Shown: positions 14,633-27,766 of the stretch, in pieces
Layout: each line of letters starts with the position of its first letter
Position numbering within the stretch: the first letter of the stretch is position 1
Assembly (NCBI GenBank): GCA_964016885.1
Contig: OZ024740.1
Span: forward strand, 167,276,001 to 167,340,000
Length of the DNA: 64,000 nt
Direction: 5' to 3'
Origin: Eledone cirrhosa
Taxonomy: Eukaryota
Notes under the pieces: generated by a model
What the model was told of the DNA's origin: nothing
The model's database searches: none
Seen by the model: the letters and a program-made list of their open reading frames with translations, nothing else
Made by a program: the position numbers and the translations under genes

Positions 14633-15143
14633 CGTAAAAGATGTATATATGAATGTATACTTTTTATATGTGTATATATGATTGGTGGTCTTCTGTGCGA
14701 ATGTACTATTACGATTATGAAAGCTGGTGTGCATGAGACATAAAAATGTTTGAATCTCTATCAGTTAATATGTGAATGTGGAAAGTTCACAAAAGAATTA
14801 TTGATTTAAATAGTTCAAAATTTAATGTTATACATAATAGTGCTTTTGTATAATTTTACTCCTGTCGTTATTCAAAGTGTACTTACATGGATCACACTGT
14901 TTATTCGCATATGCATATAATAATGTTTAATATATATATATATATATTGATATATTCGCGATGGTGTGGTATGCATGTATGTGCGTATTCATATATCTTT
15001 AAGTTAAAATCTATTAAAAATGACTATACACATACCTATACACCTGTGTTTGCCTGCAACTATCTATCTATCAACCTATATATGTATATATATATACACA
15101 CCGCACACTCACACACACACATACACACACACACATACACACG

Positions 15144-15175
<32 letters not shown>

Positions 15176-16195
15176 CATATATATACATATATACGTATCA
15201 TTCTTAAAGAGGAATTATTAACGTTCTTATACAAAAAAACTCGTGGCAAATTATAAATATTCTATATTGAAATAAATTGAACGCATAAAAATATTCACGA
15301 AATTTATTGATTCTCTAATTTAATTAAAATATTTAATTGAATTTAGACTTTTTCAAAATATGAGAAACAAATTCAGGTAAAATATATATCAAAACTTCAT
15401 ACACAGTACCATTTCAATATAATTTCAACCTTTTTGTGATATATAGAATATTGCAAATAGATTCTCAGCATCATTTCTTATGGAAAAATGTTATCTTTTT
15501 ACTGTTTTCCATATTGTTATCAATTATTTATTTGAACGGTCCTCAGTTCTCATCTCAACTTATATCGGTAGAAGTGATTGAAAGATTTTATCTGATAATT
15601 TAGCTCTTGTATGTCAATCTGTATAATTCTTTGTGTGTACTTTGTGCAGACATCTTGGGAGTCCATTCTCTCATATGGTTTCACATGCAGCTGATAAATT
15701 AAATACTAGTGATAATTAGCATTTTGTGTGACAAGAAAACACTTTGAGTCAACTGGCGAAATAGAATTCCCTACAAATTCTTCCCCCGACAACATTACTA
15801 ACTGCAGTTTGTACAAATTCTCTGAGTATGAAGTGGGGTAGTTCAAACATGGAGTACACTGGTTTTAACGAATAGTATTTATAGCACCATCTACGGCCAA
15901 ATACACCATTATAAAAATGGCCCAATGATTTTGTAATATCCACATTGAAGGGGATTAATATCATTCTTCAAGTGTTCCTATCGACGTTATTAGGGGTGGA
16001 GTGGGGTTGAATAACAAAGTCACTCGGTAGTATAAGGAGAAAAGAAGACAACAGCGTTTACACAAAGGGGTAGTATACACATCACTGATGATCTACAGTT
16101 TCCAGGTTTCTGAAACTGTGAACCAGCAGTAAATAAAGTTTACACACCAGTAACCTACACACACACTCACACGTACACACATACCCCCCCCCCAT

Positions 16196-16258
<63 letters not shown>

Positions 16259-16651
16259 GTATGTATGTATGTATATGTGTGTGTGTGTGTCTGTGTGTAT
16301 GTGTGTGTGTTAGATAATTCCGAAGGAAAAGTGAAGGAAAGACGAGTGCTCTATGTATAGAACAGAACTATCTAATTAGAAAGTGAACAACACAAAATAT
16401 AACTACTCCATTTCTAATGATATATATATATATATATATGACATACAGGCACACCTTTTTTTTAGCTGAGTGGTTTTTAACAATCTAAATTAAAATTAAT
16501 AAAGGGTCCAATGCACCATCGAGCATCCAATACAAGACTTTCAAATTTTCAGCCGAACAGCCTGGTCACTAAGCCACCCGTCTTCCTGATAGATTCCTAC
16601 ATACATAAATACCTACCTACCTACATACATTCATACATATACACATACATA

Positions 16652-16970
16652 CATGGTGGCTGCCAACTCGTTTTCGAGTACGGCCACTACTTTATATCCA
16701 TGTAGGAGAACCCCTACCGATGCGCTGAACGAGTGTGACTTTTTAGTCCAGCCAGCGACTTGAACACTCTGGTACAAACACTACACTTGTAACAATTGTT
16801 GACACATAGTGCTGGGTCCATGGTACCATGTGACGACAAGTGCAGAGAGATCTCCAGATATAAAGCAATGCCTGTGCCGTGAAGCTTTTATAGTGAGCAA
16901 AGGCACTGCACAAAGCCAGTCCCACTCTCTTAATCAATATATTTACCAAAAAGAAGAACAAGTCAACATC
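16652..16970 (-). mobile_element. 3'-terminal fragment of an RTE-like LINE/SINE with an (ATGT)n tail, copy 1
   Basis: atggtggctgccaactcgttttcg... directly follows a (TACA)n tract. Near-identical copies occur at 16991 and 18408. Confidence 0.65.
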
Positions 16971-16990
16971 ATACATACATACATACATAC

Positions 16991-17120
16991 ATGGTGGCTG
17001 CCAACTCGTTTTCGAGGACAGCCACTACTTTATATCCATGTAGGAGAACCCCTACCGATACGCTGAACAAGTGTGACATTTTAGTCCAGCCAGCGACATG
17101 AACACTCTGGTACAAACAGC
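16991..17120 (-). mobile_element. Same 3'-terminal fragment, copy 2 (shorter, tandem)
   Basis: Near-identical to 16652-16780 and preceded by (TACA)n. Confidence 0.65.
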
Positions 17121-17124
17121 TGCA

Positions 17125-17600
17125 TATGTGTGTGTATGTATGTATGCACATACATACACACACATATATTCACATACATACAAACACATATATGCACATA
17201 CATACGCACACATACATGCACATACATACGCACACATATATGCACATACATACAAACACATATATGCACATACATATAAACACGTATATGTACATATATA
17301 CAAACACACACACACATATATGCACATACATACACACACACATATATGCATACACTTACAAACATATATGCACATATATGCACATACATACGAACACATA
17401 TATGCACATACATACACATACATATGCACATACATACATACACATATATGCACATACATACAAACACATATATGCACATACATACAAACACACACACATA
17501 TATGCACATATATACACACCCATATATGCACATACATACATACACACACACATATATACACATACATTCACACATATATATGCACATACATACAAACACA
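17125..17600. repeat. Compound minisatellite with ~20-24-bp units (tatgcacatacatacaaacacata)
   Basis: Direct inspection. It explains the Y/H/T/I- and V/C/M-rich pseudo-ORFs. Confidence 0.9.
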
Positions 17601-18066
17601 TAGTTTGCAATCACAAAAATTACATTTAATTTTGTTCAATATCTACAAATAAATTTTGTTATAAACTATTTTGTGAGGGAGAGGCCGAAACTCGCGACCG
17701 GGTGGGGAACATACAGCAGGAGGATTCTTCAGAGGAAGAACTCCTATCAAGTGTTTCAGCCCTTCCTCCTAACATTGTAAAGGAGTCAGGCCCACCTAGG
17801 TCATGACCATACGATGCAGCAATGGCTTGTTTGCCTTCTACTACCCAACCAGTGCAGCTTAAAAGAGATCTCGGAGAGTTTAATAATAATTGTTTCTACT
17901 TTTGGTACAAGGCCAGCAATTATCACAGTGTATTACTGGTACTGTAATAATAATGCAAAGGACTGTGTAAAGAAATAGTAAACTGTCATATAACCACATG
18001 CTTCGAAGATACGAAAAGAAGTAGTCGGTCATGACTTCTATAAATAGAAACACATTTACCAATCTA

Positions 18067-18227
18067 AGGCGGCAAATTGTCAGAGTCGTTAGAATGTCGG
18101 ATAAAATGCCTTATGGTATTTGCTCCGGTTCTCTACTCTCTGAGTTCAAATCCCACCGAGGTCAACTTTGCCTTTCATCCTTTAGAGGTCGATCAAAAAA
18201 AGTACCATTCTAGTACTGATGTCGATT
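18067..18227 (+). mobile_element. SINE of the same family (diverged)
   Basis: gagttcaaatcccaccgaggtcaactttgcctttcatcctttagaggtcgat. Confidence 0.8.
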
Positions 18228-18407
18228 CTTCCTCTATATCTCTTTCTCATTTCCTCTCTCTGCCTTTCTATCTTTCTCTGGAAGATATCTGTTGTACTCA
18301 GGCCTGGAAAGAGATGGGCTCTGCCAGACTTTAAATGTCCAAGAAACGCTGTATTTCAATATGGTGCTCCTATGACTATCAGGAATTACGGGACCATACA
18401 TACATAC

Positions 18408-18622
18408 ATGGTGGCTGCCAACTCGTTTTCGTGTACGGCCACTACTTTATACCCATGTAGGAGAACCCCTACCGATGCGCTGAACAAGTGTGACTTTTTA
18501 GTCAGCCAGTGATTTGAAAACTCTGGTACAAACACTACACTTGTGACACTTATTGACACATAGTGCTGGGCCCATGGTACCATGTGACGACAAGTGCAGA
18601 GAGAACTCCAGATATAAAGCAA
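18408..18622 (-). mobile_element. Same 3'-terminal fragment, copy 3
   Basis: Near-identical to 16652-16869, with (CATA)n on both sides. Confidence 0.65.
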
Positions 18623-18952
18623 TATACATACATACATACATTCTCTAATTTAGTAAAATGTAGCAGTTAACCCACGCATAGCCACCAAACTGTGTCTCTA
18701 TTGCATTCAAGGCCGCTTGTCATTTTCACCTGTCAAATTCAGTAATAAGAAACTAATTCTCTCTAGCCACGTAGAACATGCAGATCAAATATAATTTGAT
18801 AATCATTTTCCCCCTAGCAGATTGGCTATTCTGTTACTGTCAAACCTACTCAAATATTACAATTATATTCCAAGGTTATGACAAACTTTTTCACCAAGTG
18901 TATGAATAAGTATAAATAAAAATGTTGACACCATCATATATTCCACGTTATA

Positions 18953-19991
18953 CAGGGTTGCTCATTTCTTTAAAAAATAAGCATGAATTTAGTAAATCAT
19001 GTAATTTGAGAAAAATTGGCATGAAGAATCTTGTGATCCTTCATGACACATCTACCATATGAATCCAACATTAACATCGTTGACTGCTTCAATACGAAGT
19101 ATGAAATGTTGATAACCGGAATTAGATAATATGTACCTATGTTAGACATGGTGCTGTTCATGGGGAACACCTGATGTTTTATAGTGTTATGGGGATGATG
19201 ATTTTACTTCCCTCCCGACTAAGCCCAATACGTAGTAGTCCAACAGATTCAGATCTGGAAATCTAGGAGGCCATTTGTTTGCGGTGATGTTATCAAGGAG
19301 ATTGTAACTCATTCATTTTTGGTCTCAAAGTTCTCAAAGTCTTCACCAACACCGTCTTTTGTCAGTAGCATCGACCCTTAAAATCTGAGAAAGCATGACA
19401 TCTCCCCCAATATCATAACTTCCAGCATTATCAAAGCTACCGGAATCTTTGTGTGCATAGAAGATAGGACTTTTTTGGAATCTGCATAGACATCTGTCAT
19501 TCCTTCATGTTACCCTTTCGTCCTAATCAAAGTTTTTCTCATAAGATTAAAACAAAAGCATTCCATGATGCATTCATGTCGTTTAACAAACTTTTTATAC
19601 CGATCAAACGGTAAACGAATACACTTGCATAACATATGACTTGGCGCTAATTGACTGGCTATCGTTCATTCTCTGCACGTTTCGTACATATGAGTTTGTA
19701 TTAGGACCGTTACCAGACTATTTTATATTTTGCTACAGCTGTAGAATACCTGTAAGCCGCTTCCAGCTCTTTTCGAACTTTCCCAGTAATCGACCGTGAA
19801 AGTTTCAGAAAGCGAGTAATCTCTCAATCACCATGCTTTGCCTTTATGTCAGTGATTACAGTATGTCATTTCCTCTGCTGAGTTAGCTTGATATCTGTCA
19901 TAATTCATCTGAAAATAAATGATAATCAGGACAATCTAGAAAACAGATAGAACTATTAAAAAGCTTGCACTCCAAGAACTGAGCAATTCTG
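18953..19991 (-). mobile_element. Decayed Tc1/mariner (maT/DD37D-like) DNA transposon
   Basis: Minus-strand WPPRFPDLNLLDYYV matches the WPxxSPDLNPxD motif. The N-terminus reads MTDIKLTQ...EITRFLKLSRS...KVRKELEA (HTH-like). Imperfect TIRs cagggttgctcatttctt and aagaactgagcaattctg are each flanked by TA. Confidence 0.8.
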
Positions 19992-20550
19992 TAGTATCAT
20001 ATAAAACATGTGGCACTCTGCACCATTTTATTTGTAGCTTGGCTATATATCTTGATGTTATAACGAAGCTAAAATTGTTTCACACATTGCAACTTGCGTT
20101 AATTAAGCATAATGCAGGAATACACGTGGTGTATCTAAGTATCTAAGTACACTAGTATAAGTAGAAGCGTTTTAGTGTTTTGGTGATTAGCTAAATTTTG
20201 AGAAAGGTATTTTAAAATGCATCTTTAGTTTAGTATAATAACATTTTTATTACTTCATCTGTACTTGAAAAATGATTAATCGTATTGATATTAGCAACCA
20301 ACTTTCCCTTCATTAGCCTTAATATTGCATTAATGTAGGAGACAGTCGCCAACTGACAGTTATCTGCAGAGCTATTAACCTAATTATTTGCTTATACAAG
20401 AGAAACCTATCTTGCTATTAACAAAGACATCGTACGATTGGGTGCTTTGTATTAAACTGGATTAATTCCAAGTGGAAAGATAAGCAGTTCAGACGTACAG
20501 GACGATATTTGGGAGTAAGTTTGACATTTTCCAACTGTAAAGATATATGA

Positions 20551-20628
<78 letters not shown>

Positions 20629-21817
20629 ATGTAACAAATGCTCTTTAATCATGTCTAGAACGAAAGGCTAGTAATTTATATAGAGTTCTAATTGATTGAA
20701 TAAATAAAATACTACGATAGAATCAGGAAAAAAAGCATCATCACGATGTAGTTAGCTGTTATTCATAGTAGCCAAGTATCCTCCTATATACATTCAAATA
20801 GCCCATTATTTAATGCTATACTGGAGTCCCATGGAAAGACAGGATTGTAGCAACTACAACGTCCGCATCGTCAAAACAATAGTAGCAATGCCGACGATGA
20901 TGATGGTCATGCTGTTGGTGCTGCTGATGATGATGAGGATGATGATGATGGTTATGATTATGATGATAACGAAGATAATTAAATCAACAACATGGGAGAT
21001 ATACTAACGACTTGAGGATTCATATTTTAGTAGATGTATTAGCGCAAGTATACCTATGTGCTTAATAAATTCGCTTCACCAGATACAGTCACGGATTCGA
21101 TCCCACAGTGCAAAACTATGGGTGTCTATTAAGAAAAACAATCCTAAAATGTAAAACTTTTTTTTGATGGATCGATTGCCCGCTTTAAAGTTTCCGTATG
21201 ACTATTTAAGAAGCTTTCCTCTCACTACTTCTATCTAAGAATAATTTCCTCCGTTATTCCTCTCAATCACAGGGGCCATTCAGATTGTCAGGGGTACTGC
21301 ACTTTTTTTCTCAATAAGCAATTGGGACGTGCATAAAAAAAAAACATTCAACATTCATATACATAAACGCAAGAGACGCGTAGACATTCACCATTCACAA
21401 ATAGACACAAACTCTGCAAAGAGACATATATTTCTACACAAACGAAGGTAACAATTATACCCAAATATACAGGAAACTGACAACTATACGCAAATTCAAA
21501 AATACAAACGTTAAAACAGCATTCGTACAGCCTCAACAATCACATATACATGCACTGACAAAACATTCATCCTCAACCTACCAAATTGTACTTCAGACAT
21601 ATAGCTATCTGAGCCACATTTTTAAAAAACTAAATTGAAAGAAATTCCCAACAACAGTTAGATAAGCGGTACAAGGCAGCATAATCACACGCCTCTCCAT
21701 CTCTTATGACTTTTGAAGATAAATATTGAACCTTGTGAAACCGGTAATCATTTAAGTGATTGTAAATAAACTTCTTAAAAACTCCAATTGCATTTTCATA
21801 TTGTTATTCCTACCCAC

Positions 21818-21855
<38 letters not shown>

Positions 21856-21861
21856 GCGCGT

Positions 21862-22200
21862 TCTCAATTAGGCGCAGAGAAAGCACGTTATGCTTCTGTT
21901 TTTATATGGCGTTGAGTCTTCAAGTACTTTCCATGTGATATCATAGGGTATTTTCTCTCCTTTTAGGTTTCAGATCTATTTTGCCACGATTGGAGTCGTT
22001 TTCATGTTAGGGTGTCTAAATGAAGAAAGATACAGTTAGATCCTTTGTTTAAAATGGTCCTGGATCATACCTATATATTTTTCGCGGGTCTTTGGATTAT
22101 TGGATATAACATTACTGTTTTGTTGTAATGGATAGTTCATCTTTGTTCCTGCAAGTGCATCCTGGATGGTCATGTTGTCTGCTCTTTGTAGTTATGTTCA
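21862..22200 (-). pseudogene. Second Penelope-like GIY-YIG remnant of the same type
   Basis: Minus-strand patches CTCRNKD, KYIGMIQDHFKQRI, SSFRHPN and NLKGEKIPYDITWKVLEDSTPYKNRSITCFLC, with stops. Confidence 0.7.
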
Positions 22201-22893
22201 TGGATAGGGCGCAGGGATGAGAAATTATCAGTAAATGACGATCAGAGATCCTATTTTATCTGTATTGATGTGTAAGGTGCTTAGGAGATTACTAGTGCCA
22301 TGAATAACTGAAATCTGGCGTTCCTACGTATATAGAAGGTTAGTTGTGACAAGATAACACCCTGAGGTAACACAACGTAACATATGTATTTTTATAAAAC
22401 AAAAAAGAACACCTACAGTAGATATTTCACATTCAAAACAAGTAAATATACTTCAATATGAATAACAATTCTGGCGTTCTCAGACGGCTACTGAGAGAGA
22501 TGTGAGAAGATCAAAGCTAAAGGTACCATTGCTAAACTTATATATGTTTAATATATATAAGCATATATAATAATATCATATACTTAAATGCTGTAAAGAA
22601 ATACTGAAAAACTTTCAAAAACTTCCTCTTTACTTTTTGCCATACGACCATTTTACAATCGTATCAAATATTAATAATTAAAAAAGCAAAAACGGGTATT
22701 AAGTCACAGATGCAATTTACTAATGTTCTTTCGGAGGGAAATTAACTTAATATTAATATAGACATATTTGGAAAAGCGCTATAATTTGTTTTGAAATTAG
22801 ATTATATTTAAATGCTGCCAGACCTGTCCAAATTCACATATAAATCTATTATAAATCTATCTTCAATTATCTTGGCGCGTATGAATATGAATA

Positions 22894-23007
<114 letters not shown>

Positions 23008-23125
23008 ATTGTATATTTTGTACTATTTGAATAGGCTCCATTCCAACTGAGAATATACTCAATCCAACTAATATATAAATACGCACACACACATTAACAA
23101 ACAAACATATACACGCATCTATATC

Positions 23126-23223
<98 letters not shown>

Positions 23224-23552
23224 GATATTCATATATACTTACCACACGCACACACACATGTATATATACATATACATATATATATATATGTATATGTATA
23301 TATTTATGATTTTCTCAATGGCTAGGAATTCAGTCCACGCTTTGTTATTTTCTATCCACTGAAATATGTTTGTATAAATTCCCAGAGTCCACGCTTTGCC
23401 TGGAAACTTAGCTGAGAATAGACTTCCCTGACGACGAAAGGACGAAAGGCTTCTCAATATTTTCTTCGGAAAGTATATTTATTCCCTTTCAGAAACTAAT
23501 TAGTTGGGAGTGAAATTTTAGTAAGTTAATTTTATAATTTTCTTATTTTACA

Positions 23553-23595
<43 letters not shown>

Positions 23596-23607
23596 CATAT
23601 GTATATA

Positions 23608-24692
23608 TCATCATCATCATCATCATCAGGTCGAGCTTGCGCGGCTTTCCACGACACGTTTCCTCCATCCATCTCTGTCTCTCATAGCGTTTACCCGTTC
23701 TTCTGCAGTGCATCCAGTATCGTCCTCAAGTTGCTTGACGTATGTCTTCTTGGGAAGACTAGCGTTTCTTGTTCCATGAGATGGACTCCATAACAACACA
23801 TCACCTGCTATTTCTTCCTTGCTGCGCCAACAGTGGCCAGCAAATCTGAGTCTCTGTCCACGTATTGTCCTGCTGATAGGTGGTATATTGCCATAGAGAT
23901 CCTTATTTGTTGGGTGTTCCCTCCAAGACACGTTTAAAGCAGCGCGGAGCATACGTGTGTATGCCCCCGTCTAGCTTTTTCTCCAATTTCGACGTTAGCG
24001 TCCAAGTGATAGAGCCATAAACAAGCACACCTGATGCAGATACCAACTTCTTTGACATGATTGCAGGAGTACTCCAAGGGGATACTCTTGCACCATATAT
24101 TTTTATCATCTGCCTCGACTATGTATTGAGAAAAAGCCCTGGACGAAAACTTAGAGCTTGGTTTCACTCTCACAAAGCGAAAGTGTAGACGCCATGCAGC
24201 TCAGAAAATCACCGATGCTGACTATGCGGATGATTTAGCGGTCCTCGCTGACTACCTTAAGGATACAACGTCACGACTTCACAGCATCGAATCAGTTGCT
24301 ATGGAAATCGGACTCTATGTCAACGCAGGCAAAACAATATATTTGCCTGAACCAAGACTCCTCAGTTGGTACGTGAAGTCTAAACGGCGATATAATCAAG
24401 CAAGTAGACGACTTCAAATACCTGGGTAGCTATATCGCCTCCACAGAACATGATGTTAACATCAGACTGGGAAAAGCCTGGGGAGCATTGAATGCAATGG
24501 AAAAGATATGGAAATCAAACCTGCCAGGCAAACTGAAAAGGAATTTCTTCAGAGCTGCTGTGGAATCTGTGCTTGTTTATGGCTCTATCACTTGGGCGCT
24601 AATGTCGACACTGGAGAAAAAGCTAGACGGGGCATACACACGTATGCTCCGCGCTGCTTTAAACGTGTCTTGGAGGGAACACCCAACAAATA
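23608..24692 (-). mobile_element. RTE-group LINE 3' fragment with a (TGA)n tail and an inverted 5' segment
   Basis: 23608-24029 (-) encodes the C-terminus (MLRAALNVSWREHPTN...RLRFAGHCWR) and ends in (TGA)7. 24030-24692 (+) encodes the RT core (GVLQGDTLAPYIFII, DYADDLA, FKYLGS). The whole is flanked by TA-rich repeats. Confidence 0.85.
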
Positions 24693-24961
24693 TATTAATA
24701 TATATATTCATATATATATATAAATGTAATATGAGTTTTCGAATATTAATAATAATATTTGATTCGGTAGCAATTATCCAAACAGCCTCTATTTTAAAGC
24801 CATGACAGTAGAATGACCCCCTAATTCTTGCTCTTGTGTTGGCATATAAACAGAACTTCAGACACTAATGTTCTGGTTATCACCCTTCATCAGCACAGTT
24901 CACTGTTCCCCTGCCAACTGACAGAACTAGTGAAAATATATGATATTTCCTAAAATTTACA

Positions 24962-25075
24962 GTGACTGATCGGCCTGATTTGCATATTAGCAGACTGGCT
25001 GATCAGTCAGTTCTACATATTAGCAGATCCACTAATGAGCCAGATTTACATATCAGCAGACTGGTCAGTCAGTTT
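24962..25075. repeat. Degenerate ~35-bp tandem repeat (catattagcagactggctgatcag...)
   Basis: catat(t/c)agcaga recurs at ~24983, ~25016 and ~25048. Confidence 0.6.
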
Positions 25076-25371
25076 CCAGTGGTAGACAGTTGCTGGTATG
25101 AGTGACTGTAAGGAAGCTGTAGTATCAACTTAACAGACGTGTCATTTATCTCTTACAATGGCTTGAAAGCTCTATTAGTGTTTTTTATTTTATTTTATTT
25201 CTGTGATATAAACACCACGGTAAACCAGTAACATATCAATAGATAGGGAAAAACTCTAACTGATGAAATCATGATAGGCAGTTATCTTATAACCACACTT
25301 GTATTTAATTGAATTGCATTTAATTGAATTAAATAATAAATTGAAGACTTGCGAATAAAACCGTCTGTCTC

Positions 25372-25410
<39 letters not shown>

Positions 25411-25463
25411 GTGAAATAAATTAACAAGGAAGATTGGTTACTCCTTCATTACGTTTATTGGTT

Positions 25464-25522
25464 GGTGACGTGCGTATCGCCAATGTTCTCACCCGACTCT
25501 GTAATCCACGGCTCGTCAGACC
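25464..25522 (-). ncRNA. Degenerate type I hammerhead motif
   Basis: Minus strand: ggt-CTGACGA-gcc...ggc-GATA-cgcacg-TC-acc. All three stems are present but GAAA is mutated to GATA. AATAAA follows downstream. Confidence 0.55.
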
Positions 25523-25562
25523 CCTTGTAATGGTATATATAATCATATATATATATATATAT

Positions 25563-26421
25563 ACGAGGATCGGAATTAAGAGTATTCCGCAGTTCACAGT
25601 AATAATAATAATATTAGCTCAAAGAAGAATAGAGAATTTTCTTCTGAGCTCAAATACAAATATATTACACAAAGAGAAGTGTGTTACACAGTGAGATGTG
25701 TGTAAAGAATTATTACAGGTGAGTTTTACCGTTACTGTACAGATAACAATATCTACAGGTTTAACAATTAAATAGAAAAAAACTAAGTCAGAATCAAATC
25801 TCTGAAGTAGAGTTTTAAATTACCAACCTTATAACTATAAGTTTGCTGATACGAATCTAGTTCGTTTCACCACAGAAATGTGCAGTTTAACAGCCCACAG
25901 GATCCTCAGTCAGCAAATGTGGATTATGTTCACAACACATCTCACCTCATGGATAGAGAGAAAGCTAATATACACGCTGTCTAGAGTAGGGCGAAATCAC
26001 GTGTTATTTGCATCAAATAACGGCTCTCATGCATTGGGGAAAATGCTAGAGAGAGAAGCCCAACCATACGAATTTATTAGCTCAACAATTTGGAGCTCGT
26101 TAAGAATGCGAGGGCGGAATTAAGAGTATTCCGCAGTTCACAGTAATAATAATAATATTAGCTCAAAGAAGAATAGAGAATTGTGGGCTGTTAAACTGCA
26201 CATTTCTGTGGTGAAACGAACTAGATTCGTATCAGCAAACTTATAGTTATAAGGTTGGTAATTTAAAACTCTACTTCAGAGATTTGATTCTGACTTAGTT
26301 TTTTCTATTTAATTGCTAAATGTGTAGATATTGTTCTCTATACAGTAACGGTAACACTCACTTGTAATAATTCTTTACACACATCTCACTGTGTAGCACA
26401 CCTCTCTTTATGTAATATATT

Positions 26422-26425
<4 letters not shown>
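25563..26425. mobile_element. Non-coding Penelope-type pseudo-LTR unit with a ~245-bp inverted repeat and a ~70-bp direct repeat
   Basis: 25655-25899 is the reverse complement of 26182-26425. cggaattaagagtattccgcag...gaatagagaatt occurs at ~25571 and ~26116. The unit contains the 25842-25917 hammerhead and is bounded by (TA)n. Confidence 0.75.
25842..25917 (-). ncRNA. Type I hammerhead ribozyme motif
   Basis: Minus strand: tttgctga-CTGAGGA-tcc...ggt-GAAA-cgaa(ctaga)ttcg-TA-tcagcaaa. Stem I is 8 bp and stem III is 5 bp. The stem II closing pair is non-canonical. Confidence 0.75.
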
Positions 26426-26476
<51 letters not shown>

Positions 26477-26482
<6 letters not shown>

Positions 26483-26793
26483 ATACTTTGGGAGAGTCAT
26501 GTTGCCAATAAGAAACACACAACACACACACAGAAACAAAATGGCGTAGGACAGAACAAAGGAGAGGCACAGAAACAAAGAAAGGAATCCCCAGTCACTG
26601 AAGAGGTCACAGAGTGTGTTACGAAAGGAATATGACTATGTATAAACAACTATCTGGTTGTGGAACCAACCAACCAACCAGAAATTTATAGATTTATAAA
26701 TTTGTAAATTTATAAATATATAATAAATTGAAGTGAAAGCAACTGGTGCGTGTGTTTCTTATTGGCAACATGACCCTCCCAAAGTATAACAAT
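26477..26793. mobile_element. ~320-bp element with ~45-bp terminal inverted repeats and an internal hammerhead
   Basis: attgttatactttgggagagtcatgttgccaataagaaacacac at the left end, with its near-perfect reverse complement at 26750-26793. Confidence 0.75.
26593..26637 (+). ncRNA. Minimal type I hammerhead motif
   Basis: agtca-CTGAAGA-ggtcacagagtgtgttac-GAAA-ggaa-TA-tgact. Stem I is agtca/tgact, stem II is bulged and stem III is 1 bp. Confidence 0.65.
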
Positions 26794-27156
26794 ATCGGTT
26801 TCAACACACGATTTCAGATAAAGAATCTTGCTAAACAAATTCAGAAACGATATATATATATAAATACTATAAAGTATGTCCATAGAATCATTTGATAATA
26901 TATATACACCATTTCCTCTCCCAATTAGCATAATTAACCACACAAAAAATCAATTAGACCAGGATATATGATTAAAAGGCACCTATGAAGAAATAGTAGA
27001 TAAATAAACGACAGCAATCTCTTCCAGGCCAACCACCATTGAATATTTACCCAACATTTCAACAGTACGTGGAAATTGATTAAATATGCCGTCAACCACA
27101 CACAATTAGGTATAAAATTAAAGTTAAAAGAAATGCATATACACATACCAGGATTA

Positions 27157-27238
27157 CATTTCTACCCTCGGGTTTCGTTCGCATTTGGAAATATCCTATT
27201 AAGGATAAAATCTCGAGCTTCGAACTCATCAGGAAACG
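27157..27238 (-). ncRNA. Type I hammerhead ribozyme with an intact core
   Basis: Minus strand: cgtttc-CTGATGA-gttcg...cgaac-GAAA-ccc(ga)ggg-TA-gaaatg. Stem I is 6 bp, stem II is 5 bp with an internal tatcct/aggata hairpin, and stem III is 4 bp. Confidence 0.85.
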
Positions 27239-27766
27239 AACTCATTTGGACAGATTATTTTGTTAAGTGATCCCTGCCAGAAACGAATTCAAAATGGCTA
27301 AGAATTGTGACGTGGCAGTGGTCAAGTCAGAAAGAATGTGATTGGTTGCTTACGGCGAGTGCGCTGGTTGGTAGAAAGCGCACCCAATATTGCCCAAATT
27401 GCATCTCAACCTTATAGGAGATTATTAAATATAAGGATTTACATATACACAAACTAGACAAAGTCACAGATATATATGTGTTTTGGCAACCATTCACGAT
27501 GTGGCTCAATGATGAATTAATAAATTAAATAATCAGAGCAATATACTATAAATATGTCCATGGAATCAACTGATAATATATATATACACCATTTCCTCTC
27601 TCAATTAACATAATTAACCACACTAAAAATCAATTAGACCAGGCTATAAGATTAAAAGGCCCCACATTTCAACAGCACGTAGAAATCGATTAAATATACC
27701 GTCAACCATACACAATTAGGAATGAAATTAAAGTTATAAGAAATGCATATACACATACCAGGAATG

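Noticed and set aside
16081-16137. CTGATGA followed by the hairpin cagtttc/gaaactg
   Set aside because: The GAAA is sequestered in the hairpin, and there is no valid UH site or stem I.
23424-23456. CTGACGA...GAAA hammerhead-like words
   Set aside because: No pairable stem II or stem I.
24853-24900. Minus-strand CTGATGAagg...ccAGAAcattagtgTC
   Set aside because: GAAA is absent and stem I does not pair. At most it is a very decayed relic.
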